64,000 bases of DNA from Nemertoderma westbladi (taxonomy: Eukaryota; Animalia; Xenacoelomorpha): the NCBI GenBank assembly GCA_032718475.1, contig JAUCBJ010008126.1, positions 120,407 through 184,406 of the forward strand. Reading direction: 5' to 3'. The position numbers and the translations under genes are program-made. The notes beneath the pieces are model-generated. The model made no database searches. It was given only the letters and a program-made list of their open reading frames with translations, and was not told the DNA's origin. This document shows positions 28,112-41,762 of this stretch, in pieces (position 1 is the first letter of the stretch; each line of letters starts with the position of its first letter).

Positions 28112-30180
28112 AGTTTTAACTTTTCAGAAATTCACAACTTATCCTTGATTTTGTTTTATAGTTATATACTTAGTTTTACTTGTTGTTTATACTTTATGTA
28201 GTTTCCAAATCAACAAAAACTGGTTTTGATAGAAGTGAAATATCTTTTGTTTTTTTTATTCCTGGGGAGGGGGGGGGGGGGGGGGTAATATAGTAATATA
28301 TGTTTACATTTATTTTCAATTTATTACTTTCAGTTTTCAATTTTGAGGAATTCAGTTCTAGTTCCAGTTCTAGTATTTCAATATATCATATTTCAGTTCT
28401 AGTTTCAGTTTAAGTTTAACAAAATTTTAAGTTTCAGTTCCAGTTCAGAAAAAATGCCAAAAACAATTTCAGTTCGATTTCAGTTTCAGTTTCAGTTCAC
28501 AGCACTAGTGGCTACGCTCGGGGGTGCTGGCGAGGCCAGTAATGGTGTGGGGTTCCTCGTTTGGGTGGGCCCAACAATTGCGTAACGAATGCGTAAGAAT
28601 CGGCGGTGGCGGCAATATATGCGCCCACTATTCAGCTTTACGGAATATTCATGGTGTGGCAGAACCTCTACTATCGTACCTGGGATGGTCCAACGTTTGG
28701 TGAGATGGTGTTGTATAGCAACTGGGGTTCCGAGACTCATTGGTTGTAAATGGCGGGAGGCATTATTGTACTTTATTGCCAGTGTGGTTTTATTTGTGGC
28801 TGCAGTGTCGTCTAATTCGCGAAAGTCACGCTTCCACCTAGGATCATAGGAGTTGTAATGTATTGGCAATGCCTCCCGTATGGGGTGTCCATAAACCAAT
28901 TCAGCTGGTGAGCGCCCACCATAGCGTGGGGTGTTTCTGTATGCCAGGATGCCACGTGCAAGACTGGCAGGGTCAGGCTGGGTACAACCCGGGGCTATAC
29001 TCCCACGGATAATCTTTTTTAATAATTTTACGGCAGCTTCGGCCCTACCATTGGTTGAGTGTAGGTAGGGTGAAGAAAACTCCATACAGACACCCCAATT
29101 TTCTAAGAATGTGTGCAATTGTACAGATGTGAATTGGGATCCATTGTCAGAGTGTATTATTTGTGGTACTGAATTTGAGAGGAATAACTCTCGCAAGTGT
29201 TTAATGATAGTTCCACTCTGTGCATTGGAAGTAAATGCATACAATATTGGCCAACCTGAGAATTCATCTGTTATGACCATATAGTCATGGTTACCTAACT
29301 GGAACAAATCCCCATGGACGCGTTGAAATGGTCGGCTAGCAATGGGTTATCTTCTAAGGGCTCATGTGTTTGAGATGGCAGACAAATCTGACAGGGTTGG
29401 CATTTGCGGACGGTTTGGTCTATATCATTGTTGATGGTAGGCCACCATACTGTAAGTGTTTCGCACCAGGTTGCCATTTCACTGTATAGTTGAAACAGCT
29501 TAATTCTGACATTAGCTTCAATATTCTATCGTTGGGGGCTTGGTCTAGCCGATGGGTGTTTAATATTGGGAAGAGTGGAGATGAGTCTGTAATTATGGTA
29601 AAGTGTGCTAGACCATCAAGGAAGAAGGTACACTTTTTTATGGCCCAAACAACTGCTAGTGCCTCTATCTCACACATACCACCCCATTTAGACTCGTGTG
29701 GGGCCAGTGTGCGGGAGCCACATTGGATGGTTCGCCAGTAGTTGTCTGTTCCTTGTTGTCGAAGTAGGAATCAAAGTCCGTGAACCCGTGATGCATCAGT
29801 GTGTAGCTCGGTCTCACGTGTGGGGTCAAATGGAGCTAAGTATGGGGGGGAGGAGAGCACAGTCCATGCGTGGTTGAATGCTGATTGGTGGTTGGCTGTC
29901 CACACCCAGGCAATGTTCTGTTTATTTAGATCCCGCAGTGGTGTAAGGAGTTCAGTAAGTTCATTAGTAAATTCACCTAGTTGTTGGGCTAGACCCAAGA
30001 ATGAGCGTAGCTCAGACTGGTTTGTTGGTACTGGGAATTTTCGCAGGTCATTGGTGAGGCTCGGGTCGATTTTATATTTTCCATGGCTGATTACAAACCC
30101 TGCAAACTGAACACTTGGTTGACAGAATTTAATTTTGTCTGTATTGATGGATATGTTATTGCTCTCACAAGTAAGTTGAC

Positions 30181-30303
30181 GTTGTGGGTTCGATTCCCGC
30201 TAGGGGTCCATAAAAGTTTTATTTTCGGTACGAATGCTTCAAAGGGACTAGCCCGTGCTCATATCTTGCCCTACATTCTTAAATGGTTTCTAAATTGGTG
30301 CTA
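30181..30303 (+). mobile_element. Truncated tRNA-derived SINE, same family as 37165-37446
   Basis: B-box GGTTCGATTCC followed by the shared CGAATGCTTCAAAGGGAC block. Confidence 0.65.
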
Positions 30304-30467
30304 TAAAACAATATAACAATGATTGTTTAGTATATCTAATTATCAAGGTTCTGATCTCGACTTCTTCAATTTTAGTGAGAATTTCCAAATTATGCGGTTT
30401 TATTTGTTCCAGATATGAATTATGCCTATTTTTATAAAGTTTTTAGAAATACACTTCTTATTTCCAG

Positions 30468-30618
30468 GTTGCGAAACAAAAGGATTTGACATCGAAAGGG
30501 AAAGCATGGATCGTATCAGAGGATGTATGGCCCCCTGATCGTGCGAGGCGGACCTTACAGACTATCCTATAGGTCTAATAGGTCCCGCCTACCAGAGTCG
30601 ATTCAACACTACTCAAAG
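30468..30618 (+). CDS. iGluR exon (ATD) with an apparent 1-nt frameshift
   Basis: TTCCAG acceptor. VAKQKDLTSKGKAWIVSE in one frame, DYPIGLIG...TTQ(R) in another. Donor AG|GTTAAT, phase 2, matches the next exon. Confidence 0.65.
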
Positions 30619-33600
30619 GTTAATTAAAACAGTCTTTAGCAATATCAACTGGTAATTCTTTATAGATCATGTAGATAATTAGATAATAAGGATCTATCTC
30701 CATCAAATTCAACGAGGTTCTCTGTAGTTAGGTCTACGCAATAAGCTAGTTGCCGTAGTAAAGGATGTAACTAGTGTGATAATTGATATACGTGTAGCAC
30801 TCACTGTCTTATATAATATGTTGGTGGCTATTTTCTTTAGTGACAAAGAAAAATTTTTCACTAAACAGTGGGGAATAATTTTTATTCAAATCATAATGAC
30901 CCCTACCCCCCCCCCCCCCCCCCCCCCCCCCAATGTTTCTTAATAATGGTAATTAATTTCAGATACGAAATGTCCGTGGAAATCTTCAGCGGTGCGGTAT
31001 ATCAACTACACGAGAACGCGCAGCTGCACATGTTGTTAGACCAGGGTGCCACCTGTACCACGCCGCCTACATCAGCCAGGAAACACGCTGGGGAACAACT
31101 CTACAAGTTAGTTGGATAGAAAACACAGCGGCCAGCATACCACCAAAAGGCATTGCCGCACGTCTTTGACGCCACAGATCACGGGAACTGATGACAAAAA
31201 AGAAAAATTTTGTATTGGAAGGGAGCAGGTTGCCCTAACTTCTGTTGTTTTTGCAGACACTTCGGTACTGTGAATGGCTTTCCCACTCAGCATCAGCAAC
31301 CGGCTTCCATAAAACAAAGTCATGCTCCATAGGTTTCTATGTGGTTGCCTGCAGGGTAGAACTGGGTTTTGACAGTGTCAGTGAGATGTTTCTGAGTCTG
31401 GATATAACTAATTCTGTGTTAGATAACAACATGATCCTTATGTGGAGACAATAAGCCGTTTATTACCCGAACTAACACTTCCCCGTAGTATTATTAACCG
31501 CATTTATTGCGGCCCAGAATTTATAGTTTTTTTTTCTCGGCTTTCTTTTTATTACACCGGGGTTAAGGATTAATTGCGTCGAAGCAGCGGCGGGGAGCTC
31601 GTCGTTTATACCCCAACTCTAGCTGGAGATCCCGGGAGGCGCACAACCTCATACTGAAGGGGTTAATTGAAGATTCCCCGATGTGTTTTTATGGAAGCAA
31701 ATATGTTGGTGAGATGGAAGTTGCAGCCTGTTTATACTGGGTACCTACACAACCCAGGATCGCAACCCATTACATGGCAGGAAGTCACTATGAGCCACTC
31801 TACGTCCTGTTTATATGAATAGGTAATACCCACCATGGCTTCTATATCCCCAAAGGTTTTGTTAAGCCCATCTGTCAGAATTTGCTTAGCTTTGTGTTTT
31901 TCTTATAGAATTATATAGTTTATTAGTTGGGAGGTTGTAGGTTATACTTGGCGGCGTCACGGATATATTCAACCTGTTTTTTTTTGCGAAATGAATTAAA
32001 TTATTAACATGAAAAACAAAAATATATTGTAAAATTTATTAGATGCGAAAGTTTGTTTATGCTTTGGTTCCTTTAAAACGATGTCAGATAATTCCATCAA
32101 AATAATCAAAATAAATTCCAAATATAATTTTGGAATAAATTAGTCTGGTACAGAAAAAGGTGAGCCCGGTCGTAGGTGAGTTATTGCAGTGCTTCACAGT
32201 TTACAGTTCAATTCACAGGTGAATTCAAGAATCGGTTTTTGGAGTGAATTGGATGAGTGCACAATTCCATGATGTTGTTATTTTGCGCAACCCTGGTTCA
32301 ACCCCGTGCGACTTATCTTCGTTTTTTGACTCTCAATTAGTTATTTAGCTTAGTATATTGGTTTCTTGCAGGTTCATGATAGATGATAACGTTCAAGGTA
32401 AACCCGATGGAATGAGTTTCTCTTCCACTGGTGACATTAAAGATATTTCCTTCAATATTGTTAACCTTGTCAAATCCAGCTCAGTTACGAGTACAGTGAG
32501 TAATTATTTGCGGTACTTAATTAATAGGCCTAACTACAATTATATGTTATCTTAATTACAAACTTGTTACTTTATTTTTTCTCTTAGTGGCTGTGGGGAA
32601 CATTATTTCAATTATTTAACTTTGGTCTTTTATTGTCTGTATTCCTCAAAACTTCTGAATACTTAACAAATTCCCCTCAAATATTACCTATTTTTTAATC
32701 TATTTGATTATCAATATTACATCCAGTCAGATAGAGATATACGTACACTACAATATGTATATTTCATTCGTCCTAAAATGTATTTCTTTTTTTATTCAGA
32801 AATTATAAATGTATTTATTTATAATATTATAAACAGAAAAATATACTAAAATATATTAATGCCCTAAACTCCTAGTTATAAACTTTAAGCCTTCGCCCCG
32901 TGTTGTTTTGTTACTCGCCCAAGAAATCGAATTTATTCATGATGTCGCACCGCATAGATTGGGGGTGGGGGGGGGGGGGGGGGGGGGCTTTCGACGCAAT
33001 CAATTTTCATTCCTCTCCAGGGGAAAATCGACGCAAGTAACAGCTGATTACTCTTAAAAATATAACTGTAACCTGTTCTATAATGTTTCGTTTATTGTTT
33101 TGGTTATAATAACGTCCCACTGCAACATACTCCATTCTCAAAATGGATAAATTTAACTTTCTCTGGCGAGATATTAATTCTCTGAGAAGGGATTTGCGGT
33201 CAGTCCCCCCTGTATCCCCACTGTATATCGAAACCAATGCATTCAAACAGTAAGGTGTGGCAAACCCATTCAGCACCCAGCACAATATGTACTGTACTTT
33301 GGAGACAGTCGCCCTCATAAATATCACTCAGCCCATACAGTAGGCCTACTGTAGTAGGCCTATGTGTCTATATCTACACTAATAGAACTAACTACATATA
33401 TTTCGAAGTAGCCTACAACAGTAGGCCTACATGCACCATAAAACTAAAAGTATCAGTAAAAACTACTCCTGTAATCATCAATTAGAATGAAACAGCGTAA
33501 GACATCAAACAAAAAGATAATCAAAAACATCTCTAACAATCTAATTAAATTTAGAATCAGAAATCATTCCCAAAATCTAACTGACAAGCTATCCACCTTG

Positions 33601-36600
33601 GCCAGATTAGTTAATTTATCCAAAAATGTATAATTATTGACTATGTTTAGGAATAAATTAATATTTGAAAATAAAGTTGTTTTATATCCCTTACGACCCT
33701 TGACAATTAATAAACCCCATCATTAAACCATTGCTCGTCAATTTATTCATCTCTTATGGTCAGCGGGATATACAGATTTATTTTATATCCACAAGTGACA
33801 TATCATATAAATATATTTTTCTTAAAAAATCAGCATAATATAATTTAGTTAATTTATATATAATTTACTATAACATTTTTACGTAATTTAATTAATTTAT
33901 AAATAACTAACTATATATTTTTGCGTAATTTAATTAATTTATAAATAATTAACTATATATTTTTAATTAATTTAGTTAATTTATAAATAACTAACTATAT
34001 ATTTTTACGTAATTTAGTACGTTCCGCAATGGAGAGAAATTGGCGAGTTTCGAGACAATTCGTTACAACTCTACAGCATAATGTGGCCCGGCGAATCCTA
34101 CATCACACCGACAGGTGGCGCTAATATACAGACACTTAAAGTGGTTGCGAAGAAAACTAAACCATTTATAGAGGTGACTGAACCTGAGTCGCCAGCCATG
34201 TGGGATTGCTACTCCGCTATGCGCTGTCTGGATCCTAAAACACACGATAAAGAGGTTAATTATAGTTACGAGTTGTATATAAATAGGTACTGTACCGGTA
34301 CTGTTAATTAAATTGTACAGAATATCTCAACATGCTGACATGTGTCATGGACTACCTAATATATATCATTACAGCTCTGTTCGTGACGCTAAATCAATGC
34401 TTATTAGAGATGAATTCCACCAACAACAATATTGAAGTCTAGGGGTGTGCCGGATATCCGGCCGGGCCGGAATTCCGGCCGGATTTTGAGGAGATTCCAT
34501 TTTTTGGCCGGATTTTCATTTCAACGAATTGTTGACAAAATTTTCAATTAATGCAAATAACAAAAAAAAAACATCAAAATAAATTTATTTTAAATTCATA
34601 CAAATTTAAACATTAAAGCAAAAATACAAAAGAACACAATACATTTTTTAATTAATATTAATTCATTAATATTATGAATATGATAGGGTCTAAAGCAGAG
34701 CTGTCATTTGATGACTATCTGTGTGCTGAGCTGAGCTGTCTGAATACTTTTTGCCAATAATATTTGTATTTGGTTGGGCTCAGCCTCACTAACACTTATA
34801 ATAAATAGTAGGCCTACATATAGAAAAAGTTTTAATATTTTTGTCTCGGAATTGTCTGGGTCGCCATTATTGTGTCCGGGTAGGAATTTTCCGTATAGTG
34901 TTTCAAAGTACTTATACACCTAACATAAATATGAGCGGATGTCTTGTAAAGTACTACTGTATACTACGTATGTGATACACATAATTTTGAGCAGATGTAC
35001 TGTAAAGTGCTACTTTATACACATAACTATGAGCAGCTGTCTTGTAAAGTGCTACTTTATACACATAATAACTAAGTTGCAGTAAAATCTTAATTCAGAT
35101 TATAGATGATATGTTGAGAGGAATGAAATCTTTTAGAGACCCGAGTCGACACAACATGACAGACAAGGTAAAATGTTGCACTGGCCTCATGGTCGACATG
35201 TTGAAGAGATTCGAACAAGATCTGGATGGTTTCGAGTTCAGCCTCTACATGGTAGAAGGGGAGAAACCTGGTTCATACATAAGTTAGTATTTACTGGTAA
35301 TGTACCGATACTGTACTGTCACTTCAATACTAGTTACCTATTCCCAAATTACTCTATTTTTATCTTCCCTGGTTACTTTTTTCCGAGAGTGTTAATAATC
35401 TCATTATACGTAGCATACTGGTATCAAATATCCTTATAGATGGCAAATGGGATGGTATGATGCAGGATCTGATAGCTGGGACCGCGGACCTTGGGATTGG
35501 AGCTTTCAGCATCACTCACAAACGTAACGAATTCATCGATTTCACCACTCCCTTCTATCACAGCGGGTTTAACATGATGGTAGCCAATCGGAAACCAGAA
35601 CCCGATCGTGACTCATTCCTAAAACCTTTGGACTGGCAGGTTCGTTATCACTCCGTATACTTTTAATAATAGGTTTAATACAATATTTATTGCATGTTGC
35701 CGGGTTTTTTATTATTAGATTTTTATATTTGGTCATAATGAATTTGCGCTACTGGAGTTACAATATTGGAATATTTGTAATAAACTGTAAACAATATTTA
35801 TTTGTTGTGTTTGATAAATTTTTTTGCAATATGATTATTATAAATTAAAATTACCAACAAATTTCCAAACAATAGCCGGTTTTGCGGTTTTAGATGCAAA
35901 AACCTGCAAATAAAATACAATTGGAGACCATTTGTTGCATGCAATCTGTCAGTGATCAGCCAACGGCATTCAGCTAATTGACAGTTTCGTTTCGGCTTTA
36001 TAAAGGAGCTATTAAGGTTGTCTGTATCTAGAAGAGTTCATAGGAAAGAAGAAAAGGATAGACCATACCGCAGGTGTAACTAAGTGAGCGCATGAAGCCG
36101 CACAAACAGCTAAAATTGGCGAGCGCTTGCGAATTATAGGCCAACAATTTAAGCTTTTTAAGAACGGGCGGGTGTGCCTTGCAATTACCGTGACACTCTT
36201 AAACAGCGGATTTTCAACTTAAGTATATCAGAGACCTGTGTGGGGCGAGCGACGAAAGTAAGCGAGCTTAGCATACAGGTACCACTAACTCAATCGGTGT
36301 TTCTGTTGCTCTGTCGTTCTGTTGTTCTGTCGTGTCAAATTTTAAACGTTAAAAACTCAGCCAAATGTTAATGAAATTTACCCAAACTTGGTACACATGT
36401 AGTCTGGCCAAAGTTTAGAAATTTTCCAAGTTGAATTTGCGTGGGGTCTTCGTGCAGCATCTGTGTAACTGTCTTACAGTTATAATAAATTAATCTACCC
36501 AAAAATTATTAGGCTTGGCATCAGCTGGTTGCTAGGAGACTACAGGATTACAGTACGGTACCGGTACTGTTAACTGTTACAGTGGTACAGAGTTACCGGT

Positions 36601-39600
36601 ACCGTCTTCGGTCGTTGGTCGTTTGCAAGGCCATCTAAACAACTTCTTCATCTAAACAGCGTCCGACAGTCCGATGTATCTGGACCCGAGCAGCCGAGTG
36701 GCATCAATATGCGATTAACTGAGGAATAAATACTACGGAATTGCTTGCTTGTCAGTAAGATTATATCTACTGTTCTCCGGGAATAAACCGCAGCTGTCCG
36801 GTGACTACGGACGGATACTGGGATGAGCATGTATTTTGATCGAGTTTCTCGTATTCTCGATTTTCTCGAATTCTCGAAATTTCCTATAAACCACATGGCT
36901 TCGCATATTGAACGTGTGATTGGAAATAAGTTTGTACTACCCTTCCGCCCCTTGGGTGGTAGATGTCGCGGTTATGTATTGGTTGGTAGGAAGGGGGGGG
37001 GGGGGGGGGGGGTGGGTGCAGATTAAAAGGGCTGAACACGTACTGTCCCCCTTTCTTTGATTGATTGTCGGTATGGTTAAATTTCTCAAATACTGATTTT
37101 GTGATACAGTCGCTCAATTTTAATTTGTATCTCATAATTGGGCCTCGTCCTGCGCGAAGTTAAGTTCCACCTTGGTGTAGTGGTTGCATTGAATTCACAT
37201 CTCCTGTAGGTCGTGGGTTCGATCCTCACATGGGCCAGGGCAGTTTTCGTTTCGGCACGAATGCTTCAAAGGGACCAGCCAGGGCGCATCTCTGCCTTGC
37301 ATCCTTAAGTGGTAGCTAAATGAGTACTAGAGTTTCCTCTGGGGAGTAAAGTTCTGGGGTGACCGCACTGGAAATAAGTCGTCAGACTTTGTGCGTAATC
37401 CCTGGCCTAGTGGCCAAAGAAAATTTACTTTACTTTTTACTTTTTTAAGGCCCCACGAACGTGTTATAAAGATGTGAGCGAATCATCTCTACTGACGCCA
37501 TTTCGAACTTCACTTGTTCCTGATGTTGGGCGACACCTTCCTTAGCTGACTGCAAGCAACTTATGCTCTCCAGTTGTTATGACATAACAAAACATAACAT
37601 TTCTAATTATTTTCTTTGTTAATACTGTATCTTAAGACCAAAATAGAGCAGTTGCAAAGTTGTATTCTATTTCTAAAACGTCCGACTTTCTGTCTAACAT
37701 ATAGTTTTGTTATATAGTTTTGTTTTGCCAGCGGTTCGTGATTTAAGTACTCACACACTAAAATTCATTTAAATTGAGTTTTGAGTTTTCAGACGCAGTT
37801 AATTAAGTTCAGTTTTGTATTATTTATAAAGCGAATATGTGAAATAGTTATGACAAACATACTCAACAATGTTAAGGAAACTCTACTGAGTTTCTTATGG
37901 ACAAGGAAGTTCTAATAAATAGCTAATATATTCAATAAAATAAAGTTCACCACTTTTTTTAATATTCTCTTGAATTTTTTTCCGGAATGCAATACGTTTC
38001 GCTAATGCAACAGCTATAAGGGTATTTAACATTCATTACGGGTTAGTTCGGCGCAGCAATATACGGAAACACACGACCGTGGAATTAATCACCAACAAAT
38101 TGTATTCATTAACCGATTCGGACCTATCTGGCTCTGTCCTGACTACAGATTTGATTAAAGATGCGTCAGATGTTGTCCATAATTAATCGCAATCCGATTT
38201 GGTGCCCTGCTAACCAAACGGAGTGTGTGGGTGGCATTCAATCAATAAACCGGCCCACTGATAATATTAAATCGTAATTTATTCGCCGTACTAACTCTTA
38301 ATTCCTTGCTCTCTCTAAATGCCGAGGTCTGTAAACTAATCATTGTTGGGAGGGAATATATAATTACAGATTCCTGATTTACTTGAATTTATATGCATTC
38401 CTTAAAGGAGTTATCACTGCCTAGAGAAAACCCATGGAAGTCGGCGGAGTAATTTTAGTTGATCGAAATTGAATATTTTTGGTTTTCACCACAATATGGC
38501 ATTTACTAAATATTATTATATCGGTTCCCAGTTATTATTGTGCTAATAATTGTATCACCCACCTAAATCACCTTTTGTGACCGACCCTATAATAAACGGC
38601 TTCCTGATAATATTTGATACCGGCAGAATTATTTGTTGGAAATGTGAATTATGTGAACACAGATTGTCTACAAATACAAGCAAAATATCTGAAACGTGAA
38701 ACAAAGCTATAATACACAAACAAACAGACACATTTAGAGCAGCACTGTAGTGAGATTAATAGATGTACCGGTAGTAGATAACAACAATTAACTAATTATT
38801 ATTTCATAAAGTTGATCGCCATTACTAATGTTACATTAATTACGTGACCGTTAATAAATAGGTTTGGTTACTGATATTATGTTCTATCCACTTTGTCGCA
38901 CTCGCCATGACAACCTTCGAATGGGCTAGTCCCTATGGTCTACACCCAGGTGGGCGCAACCGGTCAGCTACTTTCAGTTTACCCTCCGGCCTCACTCACA
39001 CATGGTCACTCTTACTCAACCATTCCTTCCCATCCAAGGTCTGATATCGTCTGTAACAGAGTTACACCCATTGCATCTAACCCAACTATTTTCTCTGGTA
39101 ATGGTTGCATTTTCCTTACCTAATAATTTTGACAATATGCTCAATGATGATGGTAATTAATTAATTAATTAATTAAGTAATTGCATTGCTAAATTGAAAG
39201 TTGAATAGTAACTTTGTTTGTAGTTGTTAATTTATCATAATGGGAAACTATCATAAAACTAACTATTAAAAATCGAGTATCTGTTTTAGTAAAGCAATTA
39301 CTTTTTCACATATCAATAAGGGATGAAGGTATCCTCAAGTCTTGTGCTGTGGTAACGTGCCTGCTGATTTAATTAAACTTATTAACAAACCAATTATTTG
39401 CATTGAGAACATTTACAGGCATGTGTTAATTAACCTTATTATTCCTTCAGCTGTACTTAAAACCCCTTTACTTTTTATTTATTATTTAATAGAAGTCATT
39501 TGCAACCCTAATAAATTATTTGAACTAATTTTTTTACAGGGTGGGATTTATTACTTTTTAATTGTATTCCCATGTGTTGCAAAGTGTCTTTCCTCTTCTT

Positions 39601-41724
39601 ACTGTTACCAAATATATTCGTTAGGTCTGGCTACTTATATTAGTGTCCATACATTGCGTTGCTATGGCAATGGCCGCGTTTGAGTGGATGAGCCCATACG
39701 GTCTGCATCCCTGGGGTCGGAACCGATTGGCTACTTTCAGTTTCCCCTCAGCCCTGACCCACACGTGGTCTCTGCTACTCAGCCACACTTACCCCTCCAA
39801 GGTTTGTCCCCCTTGCTTAGCCGCTTGTCGGATCAATGTTCGCTCAATGTGACGTAATTCTGGTTCCGCCAATATCAATGTTTAGATATTACTACTGCAG
39901 TAGATGATATTTAATTGTTTCATTGTCATTACAATATGATTGTTTAAATGTCGATCTAGAACAGAGAGGGATGGAAAAATGACCAACAATGAAAATAATG
40001 TTTACTATAACATTATTTACCTGAAAGATTGAAAAAGTTTAGGATTGAAATATTATTCATTTATATCAGTGAACGATAAGAAAAATATAATATGGCCATA
40101 AACTATTTGTAATTTTAATTCTGCAAATATAAAGCCTTACTCCAAATGCTGCAGTATTTTTCAGTATAAAATGAGCGAATAGAGCCGCTTCCGCTTTGTA
40201 GGACATTGCTTTCGCCTTGAGGATCAACAAGTTCACAATCTTGTGCTTTGGCGGCCTCTTGGACTGAATAAGCATGGTGGACAGCCAATGAATTTCTTGA
40301 GACGCATCTTAAAGGACACTGGCCTTAACCCTATTACCACTGGGGTGTTTTGACCATTAGCACCAGTGGGGGGGGGGGGGAGGATTCGGCCCCCCACTAT
40401 ATTTTTGTAATCGTCCAATGAAATCCTACAAAATTTGGGCTGTTGGTGAAACAACTATAGATGAACACTACCAAACCTTAAAAAGTTAAAATTTCATAAC
40501 CGGGACTCATAATTTTGATGAAAAATAAAAGTAGTCCCAGGACAAAATTACAAAATTTTTCGTTTTCTAAAAACTAATAGTGTGGCAGTGTTGGCTAGAT
40601 TTAGTAGGCTTTTCAAGACGCTGAATCGAATGTGATTATATTCCATTTCCAAAAATTGAAGTGGATGCTATTTTTCGTGCACCTAAGAAGTGGACGTGGC
40701 ACTTCAAATTTTGAAAAATTAGATATTCAGAAAATGCCCCTAATTTTTTTATTTCAACGCATCTTTATAGGTTTTCTGGGCCGCTGAATTGATTGAATGT
40801 AATATAGAAGCCTGAAGACTTAGTGGTTCGCCATTTTTGGTGCACCAAAATTAGGGCGTGGCACTTCAAATTTTGAAAAATACTAGATTCGGAAAATAAA
40901 CCAAAATGGAATTTTTAACGCATTTATATATGTTTTCTAGACCGCTGAATCGATTGAAAGTAATATAGAAGCCTGAAGACTTAGAGGTTAGCCATTTTTT
41001 GAAATCAAAACTTTAGTGTTTTAACCCGAATAAAGTAATTTTGAAAATTTGAAGTGCCACGCCCTAATTTTGGTGCACCGAAAATTACGTACACCAAGGA
41101 TTTGAGGCTTCTATATTACTTTCAATCGATTCAGCGCTCCAGAAAACCTATAAAAATGCTTTGCAAATCAAAACTTTAGTGTATTTTACGAATCTCGTAT
41201 TTTTCAAAATTTGAAGTGCCACGCCCTAATTTTGGTGCACCAAAAATGGCCAACCACTAAGTCTTCAGGCTTCTATATTACTTTCAATCGATTCAGCGCT
41301 CCAGAAAACCAATAAAAATGCTTCGAAATCAAAACTGTAGTAAATTTTCCGAATAAAGTAATTTTGAAATTTTAAAGTGCCACGCCCTAATTTTTGTACT
41401 CCAAAAATGACGTACCACTACACTTACATACTTGTATAGAGCATTAGAGTGATCCAAACCAATAAAAATGAATAAAAATAGCCCAAACATAATAATTACT
41501 AAATCACGGTGAATGACTTCGTAAAATTCGAAAATTTCAAAAAATTTGGTGCTGGAGACCAAATTTTGAGGTGGCACCCACATCGAAAAGTAGAAATCCA
41601 ATTGCAACGTCGTTTTTTGCAAAAGATGCGGCATTAAATTTGGCTAATTGTCAATAAAAATTGGGCCGGTACGTAATGTGGTTGCATAGTTACAGCAACT
41701 AAAATCTAGGAAGGGGCCGATTCG

Positions 41725-41762
<38 letters not shown>

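Larger units (their letters stand above)
24196..28507 (+). mobile_element. hAT DNA transposon, both ends present, transposase decayed
   Basis: TIRs TAGTGCTG(C/T)GAACTGAAA; 8-bp TSD GTGGCTAC at 24188-24195 and 28508-28515; subterminal (TTCAGT)n arrays at both ends. Confidence 0.9.
23962..30180 (-). mobile_element. Degenerate Ty3/Gypsy pol remnant (RT end, RNase H, integrase), split by the hAT insertion
   Basis: LRSFLGLAQQL, HTDASRVHGL, EIEALAVVWAIKKC, integrase DEFSG/SDNGSQF/NGRAE. The Pro-rich C-terminal repeat continues on both sides of the hAT (23962-24195 and 28508 onward). Confidence 0.85.

Noticed and set aside
37165-37240. tRNA gene
   Set aside because: Has A and B boxes but no convincing cloverleaf, and continues into a SINE body and tail.
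38838-39859. Docking/selector RNA pairing for the duplicated exons (AATTACGT before exon A vs ACGTAATT after exon B)
   Set aside because: Only 8 nt of AT-rich complementarity; expected by chance without comparative support.
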